Shown one piece after another: positions 15,692 through 26,138 of a stretch of DNA of 32,000 nt. Position numbers and translations under genes: made by a program. The DNA is taken from contig NC_006624.1 of assembly GCF_000009965.1 (NCBI RefSeq), positions 870,001 through 902,000 on the forward strand, in the 5' to 3' direction. This stretch comes from Thermococcus kodakarensis KOD1. Lineage in GTDB: Archaea > Methanobacteriota_B > Thermococci > Thermococcales > Thermococcaceae. The notes beneath the pieces were generated by a model. The model was not told the origin of the DNA. It saw nothing but the letters and a program-made list of their open reading frames with translations, and did not search any database. Positions within the stretch are counted from its first letter, which is position 1, and each line of letters opens with the position of its first letter.

Positions 15692-17176
15692 TTAAGAGAC
15701 CATAATTTCCTTTTCTCCCCCCTCCTCCACCTCGCGTATCTTTCCGCCCTTCATGACCTCAACGATGGCAAATGCCAGCAGGGCCAGGAGGAGATAGACC
15801 ACCGACGCTCCCCCAAAGAGCACTTCGTAGGCCTTTTCCGTCGGAATCTTGATCTGAACGAAGGCCGGTGCTCCAGGCGGGTGGAAGAGGACGTAGTAGG
15901 TGCTCATTACCGTTCCAGCTATTGCCGGCCCCCAGGTCGAGCCGAAGTTCCTGAAGAGGCTGTTGGAGCCTGTGGCGACACCCATCATTCTCGGCGGCAC
16001 TGAGAAGACCAGCACGTTGATGAGGGATATGTTCATGAGGTTTATGCCTATTCCAACGACGGTCATCATCGTCACGAACTGCCAGAGAGACATCTTCGTT
16101 GCGTAGAGGGACATTACCGCGAGGGCACCGCTTCCGATGAGGGCACCTGCTATCGCTATCGGCTTCGCCCCGATCTTCGGCATGAACTTTCCGGCGAGAG
16201 GGGCGACGATGAGCATAACGAGGGCCATTGGGGTCATGAGCAAGCCGCTCTGGAGTATCGTCTTTCCGAAGCCGTAGGGTTCCGGCATCTGGAGGAGGTA
16301 AGTGTTCGCCTGGCTCATCATTGAGAGGCCAAAAGCCGCTAACATTATGCCCAGATTGGCTATTGCGGGGTTCCTTGAGGAGATTATCTTAAGCGGCAGC
16401 AACGGGTTTTCCACTCTCCTCTCCCAGAGGACGAGGAGTACCGCGCCAATTACACCAACTCCAAAGAGGATTAAGGTTTCCTTCGCAGTCCAGCCGACGT
16501 TTGGTGCCCTTGTGACTGCCACGAGCATTGGCACCACGAAGAGAGTAAGGAGAACCGCTCCAACTCAGTCAACCTTTCCAGGATTTACATAGCGGCTCTC
16601 CCTGAGTATTTTCCAGGCGAGGAAGAACATCAGCACGGCGAAGGGAGCCGCCGAGTGGTACGTCCAGCGCCACCCGTAGTTCTCTGTGACCCATGCACCC
16701 AGGGGGAGTGCTATGACCATTCCAACCGCGAACATGGCGCTTATCATTCCCTGGACCTGCGGCACCATGCTCGGAGGGAACTCCTCACGGACGAGGGAGA
16801 ACGCCAGCGGGAAGATCGCCATTCCAAAGCCCTGGATTGCTCTCGTAACGAGAAGCCTCTGGAAGCTTGGAGCAAAGCCGTTGAGAATGACGCCAAGAGT
16901 GTAAAAGCCGAGCGCTATGAGGAACATCTTCTTTTTCCCGTACATATCGCCGAGCTTTCCGAAGAGGGCAACGCTGACGGTTCCAACGAGGAGGTAAATG
17001 GTCAGAACCCAGCTGACGTCGTTGGGGTTTATCGCGAACTCCTTCTGGATCGTTGGCAGAGCTGGAGTCAGCATCGCCTCGGTGTACATGACGAGGAGCG
17101 GGAGAAGAACGACAACGAACATCGCCTTCTTTGCATAGGATAAGTCGTAGGTCTCACCCTTCTCGACTACCTGCAT
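15692..17176 (-). pseudogene. MFS drug/H+ antiporter (DHA2/EmrB-QacA-like, 14-TM type) interrupted by one in-frame TGA
   Basis: Listed ORFs 16565..17176 and 15692..16537 are in the same frame, separated by 27 nt. The only interruption is TGA (plus-strand TCA at 16565-16567). Read-through gives ...RYVNPGKVD*VGAVLLTLFVVPMLVAVT..., a continuous transporter of about 494 codons. Confidence 0.8.
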
Positions 17177-17281
17177 TTTTCACCACCGACCTATCGAACG
17201 ATATATCACTTATAAAGCTAGCGGTGGTCTCCAGTAAGGGTTATAATAGGGAGAAGCAATGTTTTACTGAGGGTGTGGAGG

Positions 17282-17485
17282 ATGGAGAAAATAGTCCGCG
17301 GCGTTTATCGCTCGGGTGAGATTATCTTACTTGACGAGACAGAGCTTCATGAGGGCGAGATTATTAAGGTAAAGCTTGTTGGGAGGAAAGAACTCGTGGA
17401 TAAGCTTGCAGGCGTGCTAGGGAAGGGAAAGCCAGAGGACCTCGAAAGATACCTTGAGGAGATGTACTATGAGGGTTCTCCTTGA
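17282..17485 (+). CDS. Small antitoxin-like protein (DUF104/AF2212-like) paired with a PIN toxin
   Basis: MEKIVRGVYRSGEIILLDETELHEGEIIKVKLV resembles the archaeal DUF104 antitoxin-family N-terminus. Its 3' end overlaps the PIN gene start. GGTGTGGAGG precedes ATG 17282. Confidence 0.6.
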   Translation: MEKIVRGVYRSGEIILLDETELHEGEIIKVKLVGRKELVDKLAGVLGKGKPEDLERYLEEMYYEGSP

Positions 17486-17918
17486 CACGAACGTTCTCTA
17501 CAACTTTCTCTTTGAGACGCCCCTCACGGAAAGCTCTAAAAGTCTTCTGTCTGAGCCTTACGAATTCTACGTTAGCACTCTGATTCTTAACGAGCTATCT
17601 TACTCAGTCATCCGGAGAAAGGCGGAAACAGCCTTTGAAATACATTCATACAGAAAACTCAAGGAGTTTCTCAACAAGAACGGTTACAAACCTTTTCAAA
17701 GAGAGTTACGGCTCATGGAATCTGCAATAGAAGGACTTGGGATAATCAAGGTTAATGATTCACAGAACTGGGAGCTTATACGAGAACTCATGTTTAGGTA
17801 TTCTCTCCTTCCGAGTGACGCCACCATTTTGGCAACCGCCATCGAAAACGGGATTGAAGCCCTCGCCACTTTCGATAGGGACTACAGCAAAGTTCAAGAA
17901 CTCAAAATCATTCCTTAA
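17469..17918 (+). CDS. PIN-domain ribonuclease toxin (VapC-type)
   Basis: It has MRVLLDTNVLYNFLF, a mid-protein LNELSY and a C-terminal PSDATILATA...TFDRDY, giving the PIN acidic residues. It overlaps the upstream small gene by 17 nt. Confidence 0.8.
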   Translation: MRVLLDTNVLYNFLFETPLTESSKSLLSEPYEFYVSTLILNELSYSVIRRKAETAFEIHSYRKLKEFLNKNGYKPFQRELRLMESAIEGLGIIKVNDSQNWELIRELMFRYSLLPSDATILATAIENGIEALATFDRDYSKVQELKIIP

Positions 17919-17921
17919 ACC

Positions 17922-20699
17922 ATGCACCCCCTCCTCAAGAAGGTCATCAAAGAACGCTTTGGGAAGCTCAACAGGCTTCAGCAGGACGCGTTTAGAGAGG
18001 TTAGTTCGGGGAAGAGCGTTCTGATCATAGCTCCCACAGGTTCCGGAAAGACCGAAGCCGCTGTTCTGCCCGTTTTCAACGAAATCCTCGAGGAGGGGTT
18101 GAAGCCGATTTCTGCACTCTACATAGCCCCGCTGAAGGCCCTCAACAGGGATCTCCTTGAGAGGCTTGAATGGTGGGGGAAGAAGCTCGGAATAACCGTT
18201 GAGGTGCGTCACGGGGACACCTCGGCTTATAGGAAGGCAAAACAGACGAAGAACCCTCCTCAGATGCTCATCATAACTCCAGAGACGCTCGGCGTGATTT
18301 TGACAGTTAAATCTCTCCGAAAGCACCTGGTGAATGTCAAGTTCGTCATCGTGGACGAGATTGCTGAGCTTGTAGATAACAAGCGTGGCGCCCAGCTCCT
18401 CCTCGGTCTTGAGAGGCTCGCTGAAATAGCAGATTTCAGAAGAATTGGGATGACGGCGACGGTGGGCAACGAGGACGAAGTAAGGGAGTGGCTAAAGGCT
18501 GATACCATAGTCAAGCCAAACTGGAAGAAGGCATACCGCTTTCACGTGCTCTATCCAAAGCCCGAAGAAAAAGATGAAGAGCTCGCCAGGGAACTCAGCG
18601 TTTCCCCCGACATCGCGGCGCGCCTCAGGGTTCTGTGGGAGATCGTCGAGAGGCACGGAAAGGCGCTGATATTCACCAACACTCGCCAGTTCGCTGAAAT
18701 CCTCGCCCACAGGCTAAAGGTCTGGGGGAAACCCGTAGAAGTCCACCACGGTTCCCTTTCAAGAGAAGCAAGGATAAACGCCGAGAGAGCCTTGAAAGAG
18801 GGGAGAATAAAGGCACTTGTTTGCACGTCCTCGATGGAGCTTGGAATAGACATCGGTGACGTTGACGTCGTGATTCAATACATGAGCCCAAGGCAGGTGA
18901 ACAGGCTCGTTCAGAGAGCCGGAAGGGCGAAGCACCGGATAGGAGAGGTCAGCGAAGCCTACATCATAACAACCAACGTTGAGGACTACATCCAGAGCCT
19001 CATAATAGCCAAACACGCCCTAGAAGGCCGCTTTGAACCTGTTGAGCCTATCGGCGGGCTGGACGTTCTGGCTCACTTCGTCGTCGGTCTGCTCGTGGAA
19101 TACAAGCGACTTCCAAGAGAGAGACCCTACGAGATAGCGAGGAGGGCCTACGTTTACAGGGATTTGAGCTGGGAAGACTACTTGGACACTCTCAAGGTGC
19201 TCGAAGACGCCCGGATAATAGGCTACGACGAAGAGACCAACCAGCTCTACCTCAGGAGAGGGGCCTTCCAGTACTACTACGAGAACCTCTCAACGATACC
19301 GGACGAGGTCTCCTGGAGGGTCATAGATGCCAAAAGCGGACACATCGTCGGGAGACTCGACGAGAGCTTCGTGATGGACCTCGAAGAGGGTATGGAGTTT
19401 GTGATGGGTGGAAAGAGCTGGATAGTTCTCAAAATAGACGACGAGGCTAAAATCATCAAGGCGCGCGAGAGCCCGAGCATCGAGAGCGCAATACCGAGCT
19501 GGGAGGGTGAGATGATACCCGTTCCCTTCAGCGTTGCCTTCGCCGTCGGCAGGTTGAAGAGGGAGCTGGCCTTTGACTTCAGGAACGCGCTGTCCCTCAT
19601 TGAGGGTGTTGAGTTCAGAGAAGAGGATCTGAAAAGGGCGTTTGAAGAGATAAGGGGCGAACCCTTCTCGACAGATAGAGACATCTTCGTGGAGAGCACG
19701 CCGAAAGCCCTAATCATCCACGCCGATTTTGGCAACAGGGCGAACGAGGCGATAGGCAGGATCGTTCACTCACTCTTAATCCTCCGCTACGGCAGGGTGT
19801 TCTCGGTAAGGGCGCAGGCCCACGCGGTAGTCTTCAAGACACCGTTCCAGCTGAACCCCGAGGAAGTTAAGCACTACCTCTACCAGGATCCAGAGAGCGT
19901 TGAGTTCATCGTGGCTAGGTCTCTGAGGGATTCCCACGCTTACCGCTGGAGAATGTTAAACGTCGCGAAGCGTTTCGGGGCACTGAGAAGGGACGCGAAG
20001 ATAAGAAGGGTCGAGCGGCTCTTTGAGGGAACGGTCATAGAGAGGGAGACTTTGAACGAGCTCTACCACGACAAGGTTGACGTGAAGACGGCCGAGCTGG
20101 TCATGGAGATGCTTAAAGCCGGGAGCCTCAGGGTCAAAACCGCCCTCAGGAAAGAGCCCTCCACACTTGCCAGGCTGAACATGACCGTTGGCGGGGAGTT
20201 CCTTCTGAGCGGAATCCTTGAGAGGGACGAAGTCCTTGAGCTGTTTAAGAAGAGGCTCCTCGAGCACGAAGTAGTTTTAGTCTGCACCAACTGCGGCTGG
20301 CACTCGAAGACAAAGGTTGCTCGCCTGAGGAGTATCAAAGAGAGGGAATGCCCTCGCTGCGGCTCGAAGATGCTGGCCGTTGCTCACCCGATAGATGCGG
20401 AAGAATTCCTGCCGGTTCTCGACAAGGTCAGGCACGGAAGGCCGCTTGAGAAGAAGGAGGAACGGGTTTACAGGAAGCTGTTGAAGGCCGCTGACCTTGT
20501 TGATTCCTACGGCTTCGATGCCGTTCTGGCCCTTGCCAGCTACGGAACCGGGCCGGACACAGCCGCGAGGATTCTGAGCCAGTACAAAGGGGAGGCCCTG
20601 CTGGTTGCACTGATGGAGCGCGAGAGAGATTTCATCAGGACGAGGCGGTTCTGGGTCGATAAGAAGGATAACAGCAACGAGAATAAGGATAAGAGCTAA
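17922..20699 (+). CDS. Lhr-type superfamily-2 helicase (archaeal aLhr2-like) with C-terminal Zn ribbon
   Basis: The motifs are I APTGSGKTEAA, II VDEIAE, III MTATVGN and VI QRAGRAKHR. A long C-terminal extension contains CTNCGW...CPRCGSKM. The protein is 925 aa. Confidence 0.85.
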   Translation: MHPLLKKVIKERFGKLNRLQQDAFREVSSGKSVLIIAPTGSGKTEAAVLPVFNEILEEGLKPISALYIAPLKALNRDLLERLEWWGKKLGITVEVRHGDTSAYRKAKQTKNPPQMLIITPETLGVILTVKSLRKHLVNVKFVIVDEIAELVDNKRGAQLLLGLERLAEIADFRRIGMTATVGNEDEVREWLKADTIVKPNWKKAYRFHVLYPKPEEKDEELARELSVSPDIAARLRVLWEIVERHGKALIFTNTRQFAEILAHRLKVWGKPVEVHHGSLSREARINAERALKEGRIKALVCTSSMELGIDIGDVDVVIQYMSPRQVNRLVQRAGRAKHRIGEVSEAYIITTNVEDYIQSLIIAKHALEGRFEPVEPIGGLDVLAHFVVGLLVEYKRLPRERPYEIARRAYVYRDLSWEDYLDTLKVLEDARIIGYDEETNQLYLRRGAFQYYYENLSTIPDEVSWRVIDAKSGHIVGRLDESFVMDLEEGMEFVMGGKSWIVLKIDDEAKIIKARESPSIESAIPSWEGEMIPVPFSVAFAVGRLKRELAFDFRNALSLIEGVEFREEDLKRAFEEIRGEPFSTDRDIFVESTPKALIIHADFGNRANEAIGRIVHSLLILRYGRVFSVRAQAHAVVFKTPFQLNPEEVKHYLYQDPESVEFIVARSLRDSHAYRWRMLNVAKRFGALRRDAKIRRVERLFEGTVIERETLNELYHDKVDVKTAELVMEMLKAGSLRVKTALRKEPSTLARLNMTVGGEFLLSGILERDEVLELFKKRLLEHEVVLVCTNCGWHSKTKVARLRSIKERECPRCGSKMLAVAHPIDAEEFLPVLDKVRHGRPLEKKEERVYRKLLKAADLVDSYGFDAVLALASYGTGPDTAARILSQYKGEALLVALMERERDFIRTRRFWVDKKDNSNENKDKS

Positions 20700-20955
20700 A
20701 AAGACTCTCTGACAATGTCACGATCCGTTATTAGTGAGCGTCATCATTTTCAGATTTAAAAGTTCGTCTTGTGATAATGCGGCCAATTGAGTACCGTTTT
20801 TACAACAGCCCCATAAGAGAATCAAATGTAAAACTAAGTTATACACAATGGCCAAAAATGTGGAATGATGTGTTCTATATTCAGATGTATACCTTTGGTT
20901 CGAAGTAAACTTTATAAATAATGAGGGAAACTCCCAATGTACTGAACACCGGGGA

Positions 20956-21396
20956 ATGCCGGTGGTGAAAGTGGCATTAGTATTGAGAAGAAAAACATCT
21001 AATCAGGGCCCCGTTGTAGACTATCGGGAGCTCGACAGGTTGCTTGCTCAAGGGGGCTACAAAAAGCTCCTCATAACGAGGCAACCAATCATAAACAGTG
21101 CCCCCAGCGACGTGGTGCCGATCTGGGTAAGCAAAGCAGAGCACCCCAAGGCCGTGAAGCCTACCGACCTCCATATACTCGAGAGTATCATCTGGAGAGA
21201 ACTCCAAAATGGCACCAAGTCAGTAATTCTGGACGCTCTTGAGTATCTCATGATCGAAAACGGTGTAGAAAGGGCGCTTAGATTCGTTGGAAAGCTGAGG
21301 GACATGGCAATCTTAACGGGGGCTACTTTCTACGTCACGGTCAGTGAGGGGATTGACGAAAAAACCCGAGCCATGCTCCGTAGAATAGTTGAGTGA
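20956..21396 (+). CDS. DUF835-like stand-alone domain protein
   Basis: The pattern KKLLITRQP...PIWVSK...VKPTDLHILESII...VILDALEYLMIENGVERALRFVGKLRDMA resembles the DUF835 domain common in Thermococcales. This is a recollection of the motif pattern, not a search. Confidence 0.5.
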   Translation: MPVVKVALVLRRKTSNQGPVVDYRELDRLLAQGGYKKLLITRQPIINSAPSDVVPIWVSKAEHPKAVKPTDLHILESIIWRELQNGTKSVILDALEYLMIENGVERALRFVGKLRDMAILTGATFYVTVSEGIDEKTRAMLRRIVE

Positions 21397-21440
21397 AGTT
21401 TATATACCGTCGGCTCTTCTCCAAGATTTAGGTGTGGATG

Positions 21441-24400
21441 ATGCCTTACATTGAGAAAATTGAAATGAAAGGTTTCAAATCTTATGGTAACAAAAAGGTT
21501 GTAGTGCCGCTTGCGAGGGGTTTTACAGCTATAGTAGGAGCAAACGGTTCTGGAAAGAGCAACATCGGAGATGCCGTTCTGTTTGTCCTCGGAGGACTTT
21601 CTGCGAAGGCCATGAGGGCCAGCAGGATAAGCGACCTCATTTTCGCGGGTTCGAAAGGAGAACCTCCAGCCAAATACGCCGAGGTTGCCATGTATTTTAA
21701 CAACGAGGACAGGGGCTTTCCGATAGATGAAGACGAAGTCGTGATAAAAAGGCGCGTCTATCCCGACGGAAGGAGTACGTACTGGCTCAATGGGAAGAGA
21801 GCAACGAGGAGTGAAATAATAGACCTCCTCAGCGCTGCCATGATTTCTCCTGAGGGCTACAACCTCGTCCTTCAGGGTGACATAACGAAATTCATTAAAA
21901 TGTCTCCAATCGAGAGAAGGCTCATCATAGACGAAATTTCTGGAATAGCTGAATACGATGCCAAAAAGGAGAAGGCCCTAAAGGAGCTGAAGCAGACGGA
22001 GGAAAACCTCGCGAGGGTTGACCTCCTGATAAGAGAGGTAAAGGCCCAGCTCGACAAGCTTGAAAAAGAGCGCAACGACGCCCTCCGCTACCTCGACCTT
22101 AAGGAGAAGCTGGAAAAAGCGAGGGTTACGCTCCTTCTGGCTGAGATAAAAAGGCTTGAAAAGTTCATTGAGGAAGGTGGATCGCGGGAGGAAGAGATTG
22201 AAGGGCAGATCAAGTCCCTTGAAGACAGGTTGAAGGAGATAGCAAAAGAAATAGTCGCGAAGGAGAAGGAACTCGCCGAAATAGAGCGCCAGCTTGAGGA
22301 GAAGAGCGGCGACGGCATTCTCGAGATAACCAGGAAGATAAGCGAGGTCAAGTCCAAGATAGAGGTCGCGAAGAGGAACATAGAGAACGCGCAGAAGGAA
22401 ATAGAGGAGAGCCAGGCAAGGCTTAGAAAATCCAAAGAGGAGCTGAAGCACGTCTCTGAAGAGATTGAGAAGAGCAAGGGAGCGATAAAGCGCTGGGGGA
22501 AGAGAAGAGAACAGCTCCTCGTTCAGATAAAGGAGAGGGAAACCGTCAGAAACGAGCTTGTCATCAAGCTTGGAGAGATAGACAAGCGCTTCTCCGAGGC
22601 CAGGGAGGAGTTCGATAAGGTAGTCGCGGAGCTTGAAGAGGCCAAAAAGGCGCTCTACATGAAAGAGAGTGAAATATCCAAGTTTGAGGAAGAGATCAGC
22701 AGGGCCAAAGCCAGGATAACCCAGTTCAACGCTAGGAGGAACCTTCTGAAGGAAAAAATAGCGGAGGCAAAGGCTTCTCTCGAAGCCAAGAGGTCGGAGC
22801 TGTCCCAGGTAGAGGGTAAAATCTCCAAAGTGGAATCAAGGCACAGGAAAGCCGAGAAGGAGCTCGAAGAAAAAACAAGGGAGCTCCAGAAGGTGGAGAG
22901 TGAGCTGGCCAAAGCGAGAGAGGAACTGATCAAGGCAGAGGCCCAGAGAGAAGTCAGGGGCAACAGGGCCGTTGAGTTCCTGAAGTCCCAGAGGATAGAG
23001 GGCCTGTATGGCACTCTTGGAGAGCTGATAAGCGTTCCAAAGAGCGAGTATGCTTTAGCTGTTGAAGTCGCACTCGGCGGCAACTACGACAATGTTGTGG
23101 TAGAGGACGATAGGGTCGCCGAGAAGGCAATAAAGCTCCTCAAGGAGAAAAAGCTCGGAAGGCTGACGTTTTTGCCACTCAACAAGATAAAACCGCGCTC
23201 CATGAGGGAGAAGCCGAAGCTTGGCATTCCAGCTATGGACGTCGTCTCCTACGACCCGCGCTTCAGGAATGCAGTTGCCTACGCCCTCGGGGATACCCTC
23301 ATCGTGAACGACATGGACGAGGCGAGGGAAGTAGGAATCGGGAAGGTCAGGATGGTCACACTCGGTGGGGAACTTCTCGAGCGGAGCGGAGCGATAACTG
23401 GAGGTCACTACAAGCCGAGGGGTAAGCTTGGGGTTAACGTTGACGAGATAAGGAAGAGGGTCGAGGCCCTTGAAGGAAGGAAAGAGGCGCTGGAAGCCCA
23501 GGTGAACGCCCTGAAGGTAGAGGTTAAGGGGCTTGAGAACGAGCTTTTCGAGCTCCGCATGAAGAAGAGCGAGCTTTCAAAGGACGTTCAGGTCATCCAG
23601 AAGGAGCTCGACTCCTATCTAGCCGAAGACCGCTCCCTCAAGGAAGAGATTGAAGAAAACGAGCGCCTCATCTCGGAGCTTGAGAAGAGGATAGAGGAAT
23701 CGAAGGGCGAGATGGCAAAGCTCAGGGGAAGAATAGAGAGACTTGAGAAAAAGAGAGAGAAGATAAAGAAAGCCCTTGAGAACCCAGAAGCGAGGGAGCT
23801 GAACTCAAAGATCAGAGAAGTTGAAGCGGAGATATCCAAACTCAAGGAGGAGCTGAGCAGGGTTGAAAGCAAGCTCGAAAGCCTCGACTCGAGGATAAAC
23901 GAAGAGCTCCTCCCGAGGAAGGCCGACCTCGAGGAGGAGATAGAGGGCCTCGTGAACAAGATAAACGCCCTGAACGCCTACATCGAAGAGAATAAAAACG
24001 CCATAACAGAGCTTGAGAAAGAGCTTGAAGAGCTGAAGACGGCCGAAGAGAACGTTAAGGACGAGCTCAAGGAGCTCCGCGAGGGGAGAGAGCAAATAAG
24101 GGTGGAGATAGCGGAGCTTAGAAAGGAGAAGGACGAGCTTACTTCAAAGCTCCAGGAGCTTAGGATAGAGGCTAATACGCTCAAAGTCAGGCTGGCCCAG
24201 GTCGAGACGACCCTTCAGGAGAAGAGGGCCGAGCTCAAGCACTTTGACCCGGCGCTCGTACGCTCGATAAAGGAAATCCCGCTTGAAGTTGAGAAGCTCA
24301 GGCAGGATATTGAGAAGATGGAGGAGGAGATACGCTCGCTTGAGCCGGTTAACATGAAGGCCATCGAGGACTTTGAAGTGGTTGAGCGCAGATATCTTGA

Positions 24401-25007
24401 GCTGAGCAGCAAGCGCGAGCAGGTTCTGGCCGAGAAGGAGAGCATAGAGGAGTTCATACAGGAAATCGAAGGGCAGAAGAGGCAGGTCTTCCTTCAGACC
24501 CTCAATGCAATAGCCAAGAACTTCTCGGAGCTCTTCGCCAAGCTCTCACCTGGAGGAGAAGCGAAGCTCATCCTCGAAAACCCCGAAGACCCGTTCTCAG
24601 GAGGACTTGAGATAGAGGCAAAGCCGGCAGGAAAAGACGTCAAGAGGATAGAGGCCATGAGCGGCGGTGAGAAGGCCATAATAGCGCTCGCCTTCGTCTT
24701 TGCCATCCAGCGCTACAAGCCGGCTCCCTTCTACCTGCTCGACGAGATTGATGCCCACCTTGACGATGCCAACGTCAAGCGCGTCGCCGATCTCATCAAG
24801 GAAGCTTCCCAGAACAGCCAGTTTATTGTCATAACCCACAGGGACGTCATGATGGCGCAGGCGGACAGGATAATAGGTGTCAGCATGAGGAACGGCGTCT
24901 CAAAGGTGGTCTCCCTCAGCCTCGAAAAGGCCAGAAAGATACTGGAGGAGATAAGGAAAAAGGACGAGGCCGAGCACAGAGAGATGTTCGGCCGGCTGGA
25001 GGCGTGA
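21441..25007 (+). CDS. smc: SMC chromosome segregation ATPase
   Basis: It has the N-terminal Walker A GANGSGKSN, two long coiled-coil arms and a central hinge (GLYGTLGELI...GGAITGG). It also has the C-terminal signature MSGGEKAIIALAF and Walker B FYLLDEIDAHLD. ATG 21438 or 21441 is preferred over the listed GTG 21432. Confidence 0.95.
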   Translation: MPYIEKIEMKGFKSYGNKKVVVPLARGFTAIVGANGSGKSNIGDAVLFVLGGLSAKAMRASRISDLIFAGSKGEPPAKYAEVAMYFNNEDRGFPIDEDEVVIKRRVYPDGRSTYWLNGKRATRSEIIDLLSAAMISPEGYNLVLQGDITKFIKMSPIERRLIIDEISGIAEYDAKKEKALKELKQTEENLARVDLLIREVKAQLDKLEKERNDALRYLDLKEKLEKARVTLLLAEIKRLEKFIEEGGSREEEIEGQIKSLEDRLKEIAKEIVAKEKELAEIERQLEEKSGDGILEITRKISEVKSKIEVAKRNIENAQKEIEESQARLRKSKEELKHVSEEIEKSKGAIKRWGKRREQLLVQIKERETVRNELVIKLGEIDKRFSEAREEFDKVVAELEEAKKALYMKESEISKFEEEISRAKARITQFNARRNLLKEKIAEAKASLEAKRSELSQVEGKISKVESRHRKAEKELEEKTRELQKVESELAKAREELIKAEAQREVRGNRAVEFLKSQRIEGLYGTLGELISVPKSEYALAVEVALGGNYDNVVVEDDRVAEKAIKLLKEKKLGRLTFLPLNKIKPRSMREKPKLGIPAMDVVSYDPRFRNAVAYALGDTLIVNDMDEAREVGIGKVRMVTLGGELLERSGAITGGHYKPRGKLGVNVDEIRKRVEALEGRKEALEAQVNALKVEVKGLENELFELRMKKSELSKDVQVIQKELDSYLAEDRSLKEEIEENERLISELEKRIEESKGEMAKLRGRIERLEKKREKIKKALENPEARELNSKIREVEAEISKLKEELSRVESKLESLDSRINEELLPRKADLEEEIEGLVNKINALNAYIEENKNAITELEKELEELKTAEENVKDELKELREGREQIRVEIAELRKEKDELTSKLQELRIEANTLKVRLAQVETTLQEKRAELKHFDPALVRSIKEIPLEVEKLRQDIEKMEEEIRSLEPVNMKAIEDFEVVERRYLELSSKREQVLAEKESIEEFIQEIEGQKRQVFLQTLNAIAKNFSELFAKLSPGGEAKLILENPEDPFSGGLEIEAKPAGKDVKRIEAMSGGEKAIIALAFVFAIQRYKPAPFYLLDEIDAHLDDANVKRVADLIKEASQNSQFIVITHRDVMMAQADRIIGVSMRNGVSKVVSLSLEKARKILEEIRKKDEAEHREMFGRLEA

Positions 25008-25010
25008 TAT

Positions 25011-25676
25011 ATGGAATCCAGATTCGAGCCAGAGATAACGCCCGTTGATATCCTCCTCCAGCTCGTCCAGATGGGGAAGGTTGATCCCTGGAACATCGAC
25101 ATAGTTGACCTAACTGAAAAGTACATAGAGCGCCTTAGGGAGATGAAGGAGCTTGACCTGCGCATCTCAGCGAGGGCAATTCTAGCAGCTTCCATCCTCG
25201 TCAGGATGAAGAGCGAGGCCCTTCTGTACTCCGACGAAGAGCAGGATAAGGGGGATGAAGAAAAGGAGCGCATCCGCGTGGATGTTGAACCGCTGGCACC
25301 GCCCTTGAGAAGGGCAGAGCGCTACTACACCTTCGAAGACCTCATCGAGGCCCTCATGGACGCCCTTGAAGAAGCTGAGAGGAGGAAGCCGAGGAAGAGG
25401 AAGCGCGAGGAAGTCGAGGAGGAAATCTTTGTCGTTGATGACTTCCGCGTTGACATTGAGAAGCACGTGAACAGGCTGTACGAGATAGTCAGAAAACTCT
25501 ACAGCGAGACCAGAGAGCCCATACGCTTCTGGGACCTCGTCTTTGATCCACAGCCGAAAATAATAGCCAGGACTTTCCTCTATCTGCTTTTCCTATCAAA
25601 CATGGGGAAGGTAGACCTCCTCCAGGAGGAGCCCTTTGGAGAAATCCTGGTCGTCCCGCTGGAGGAAAACTCCTAA
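25011..25676 (+). CDS. scpA: Segregation and condensation protein A (kleisin)
   Basis: It starts 3 nt after smc. The ScpA N-terminal pattern is [29 protein letters not shown]. It has an acidic/basic central linker and a C-terminal winged-helix-like segment. Confidence 0.85.
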   Translation: MESRFEPEITPVDILLQLVQMGKVDPWNIDIVDLTEKYIERLREMKELDLRISARAILAASILVRMKSEALLYSDEEQDKGDEEKERIRVDVEPLAPPLRRAERYYTFEDLIEALMDALEEAERRKPRKRKREEVEEEIFVVDDFRVDIEKHVNRLYEIVRKLYSETREPIRFWDLVFDPQPKIIARTFLYLLFLSNMGKVDLLQEEPFGEILVVPLEENS

Positions 25677-26095
25677 CTCCTCTCCTCCCTTTTTGCTGGG
25701 CGGAGGGTAATAACCAGGAATGGAGGCTCGCTCCCAACGTAGAGGCTTTTCTTTTCCCCGTTCAGGTAGAAGCAGTATTCACCATCAGGGACTGTCTCAA
25801 TGAACTTTTCGGGCCTGGTAACCTTTGCAACCCGCCCATCAAAATACACGCACTCGTAGGAGTCCATTATGCCCCTAACCCGCTCAAGAATCTCGCTCTT
25901 TTGAAGCCTCTCACAGTCTAAGCGAGTGCACACGAGTGCCTTCCTCCCATCTGTAAATATCGTGATTTTCTCATTAACATCGATCCGCTTGGAGCGATCC
26001 AGAAAAACCCACAGCTCGGAGTACATCCTTTCGAGCCTGCCTCTCTTCGCGAGCCTCTTCTTCAGCCTCTCCTTTGCGTGATAGGTGAGCAGCAT
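25673..26095 (-). CDS. Hypothetical protein
   Basis: This 140-aa ORF has protein-like composition. The N-terminal [13 protein letters not shown] weakly recalls the DUF4258-type H-A-x-x-R motif. I do not consider the family call supported. Confidence 0.5.
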   Translation of the reverse strand: MLLTYHAKERLKKRLAKRGRLERMYSELWVFLDRSKRIDVNEKITIFTDGRKALVCTRLDCERLQKSEILERVRGIMDSYECVYFDGRVAKVTRPEKFIETVPDGEYCFYLNGEKKSLYVGSEPPFLVITLRPAKREERS

Positions 26096-26138
26096 GGCGG
26101 AATGTATCCTTAGCGAATTTAAAAGTTGTTTGTTATGT

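Noticed and set aside
16565-16567. In-frame TGA in the MFS transporter as a selenocysteine or other recoded codon
   Set aside because: Thermococcales are not known to encode the Sec machinery, and I see no SECIS-like structure. A Sec inside a TM-entry segment of a transporter has no precedent that I know of. A TGG-to-TGA nonsense change or a sequencing error is simpler.
17760-18326. 188-aa minus-strand ORF spanning the PIN/Lhr junction
   Set aside because: It is antisense to two well-supported plus-strand genes, and it has no recognisable motifs or translation signals.
20741-20753. C/D box sRNA from the minus-strand CUGA-AA-AUGAUGA
   Set aside because: Downstream of the C-box-like word, no D', C' or D boxes occur at the required spacing of about 12 nt. 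Upstream of the CUGA there is no C' or C box. The elements are in the wrong order for a single sRNA.
20890-20905. GGTTCGAAG resembling a tRNA T-arm
   Set aside because: No acceptor, D or anticodon stems can be built around it. The surrounding sequence is AT-rich and unstructured, and the motif deviates from GGTTCGAATCC.
21482-25273. Many minus-strand ORFs (60-180 aa) antisense to smc and scpA
   Set aside because: They are Ser/Leu/Phe-rich low-complexity translations. These are expected on the strand opposite GAG/AAG/CTC-rich coiled-coil coding sequence. They have no ribosome-binding sites or independent signals.
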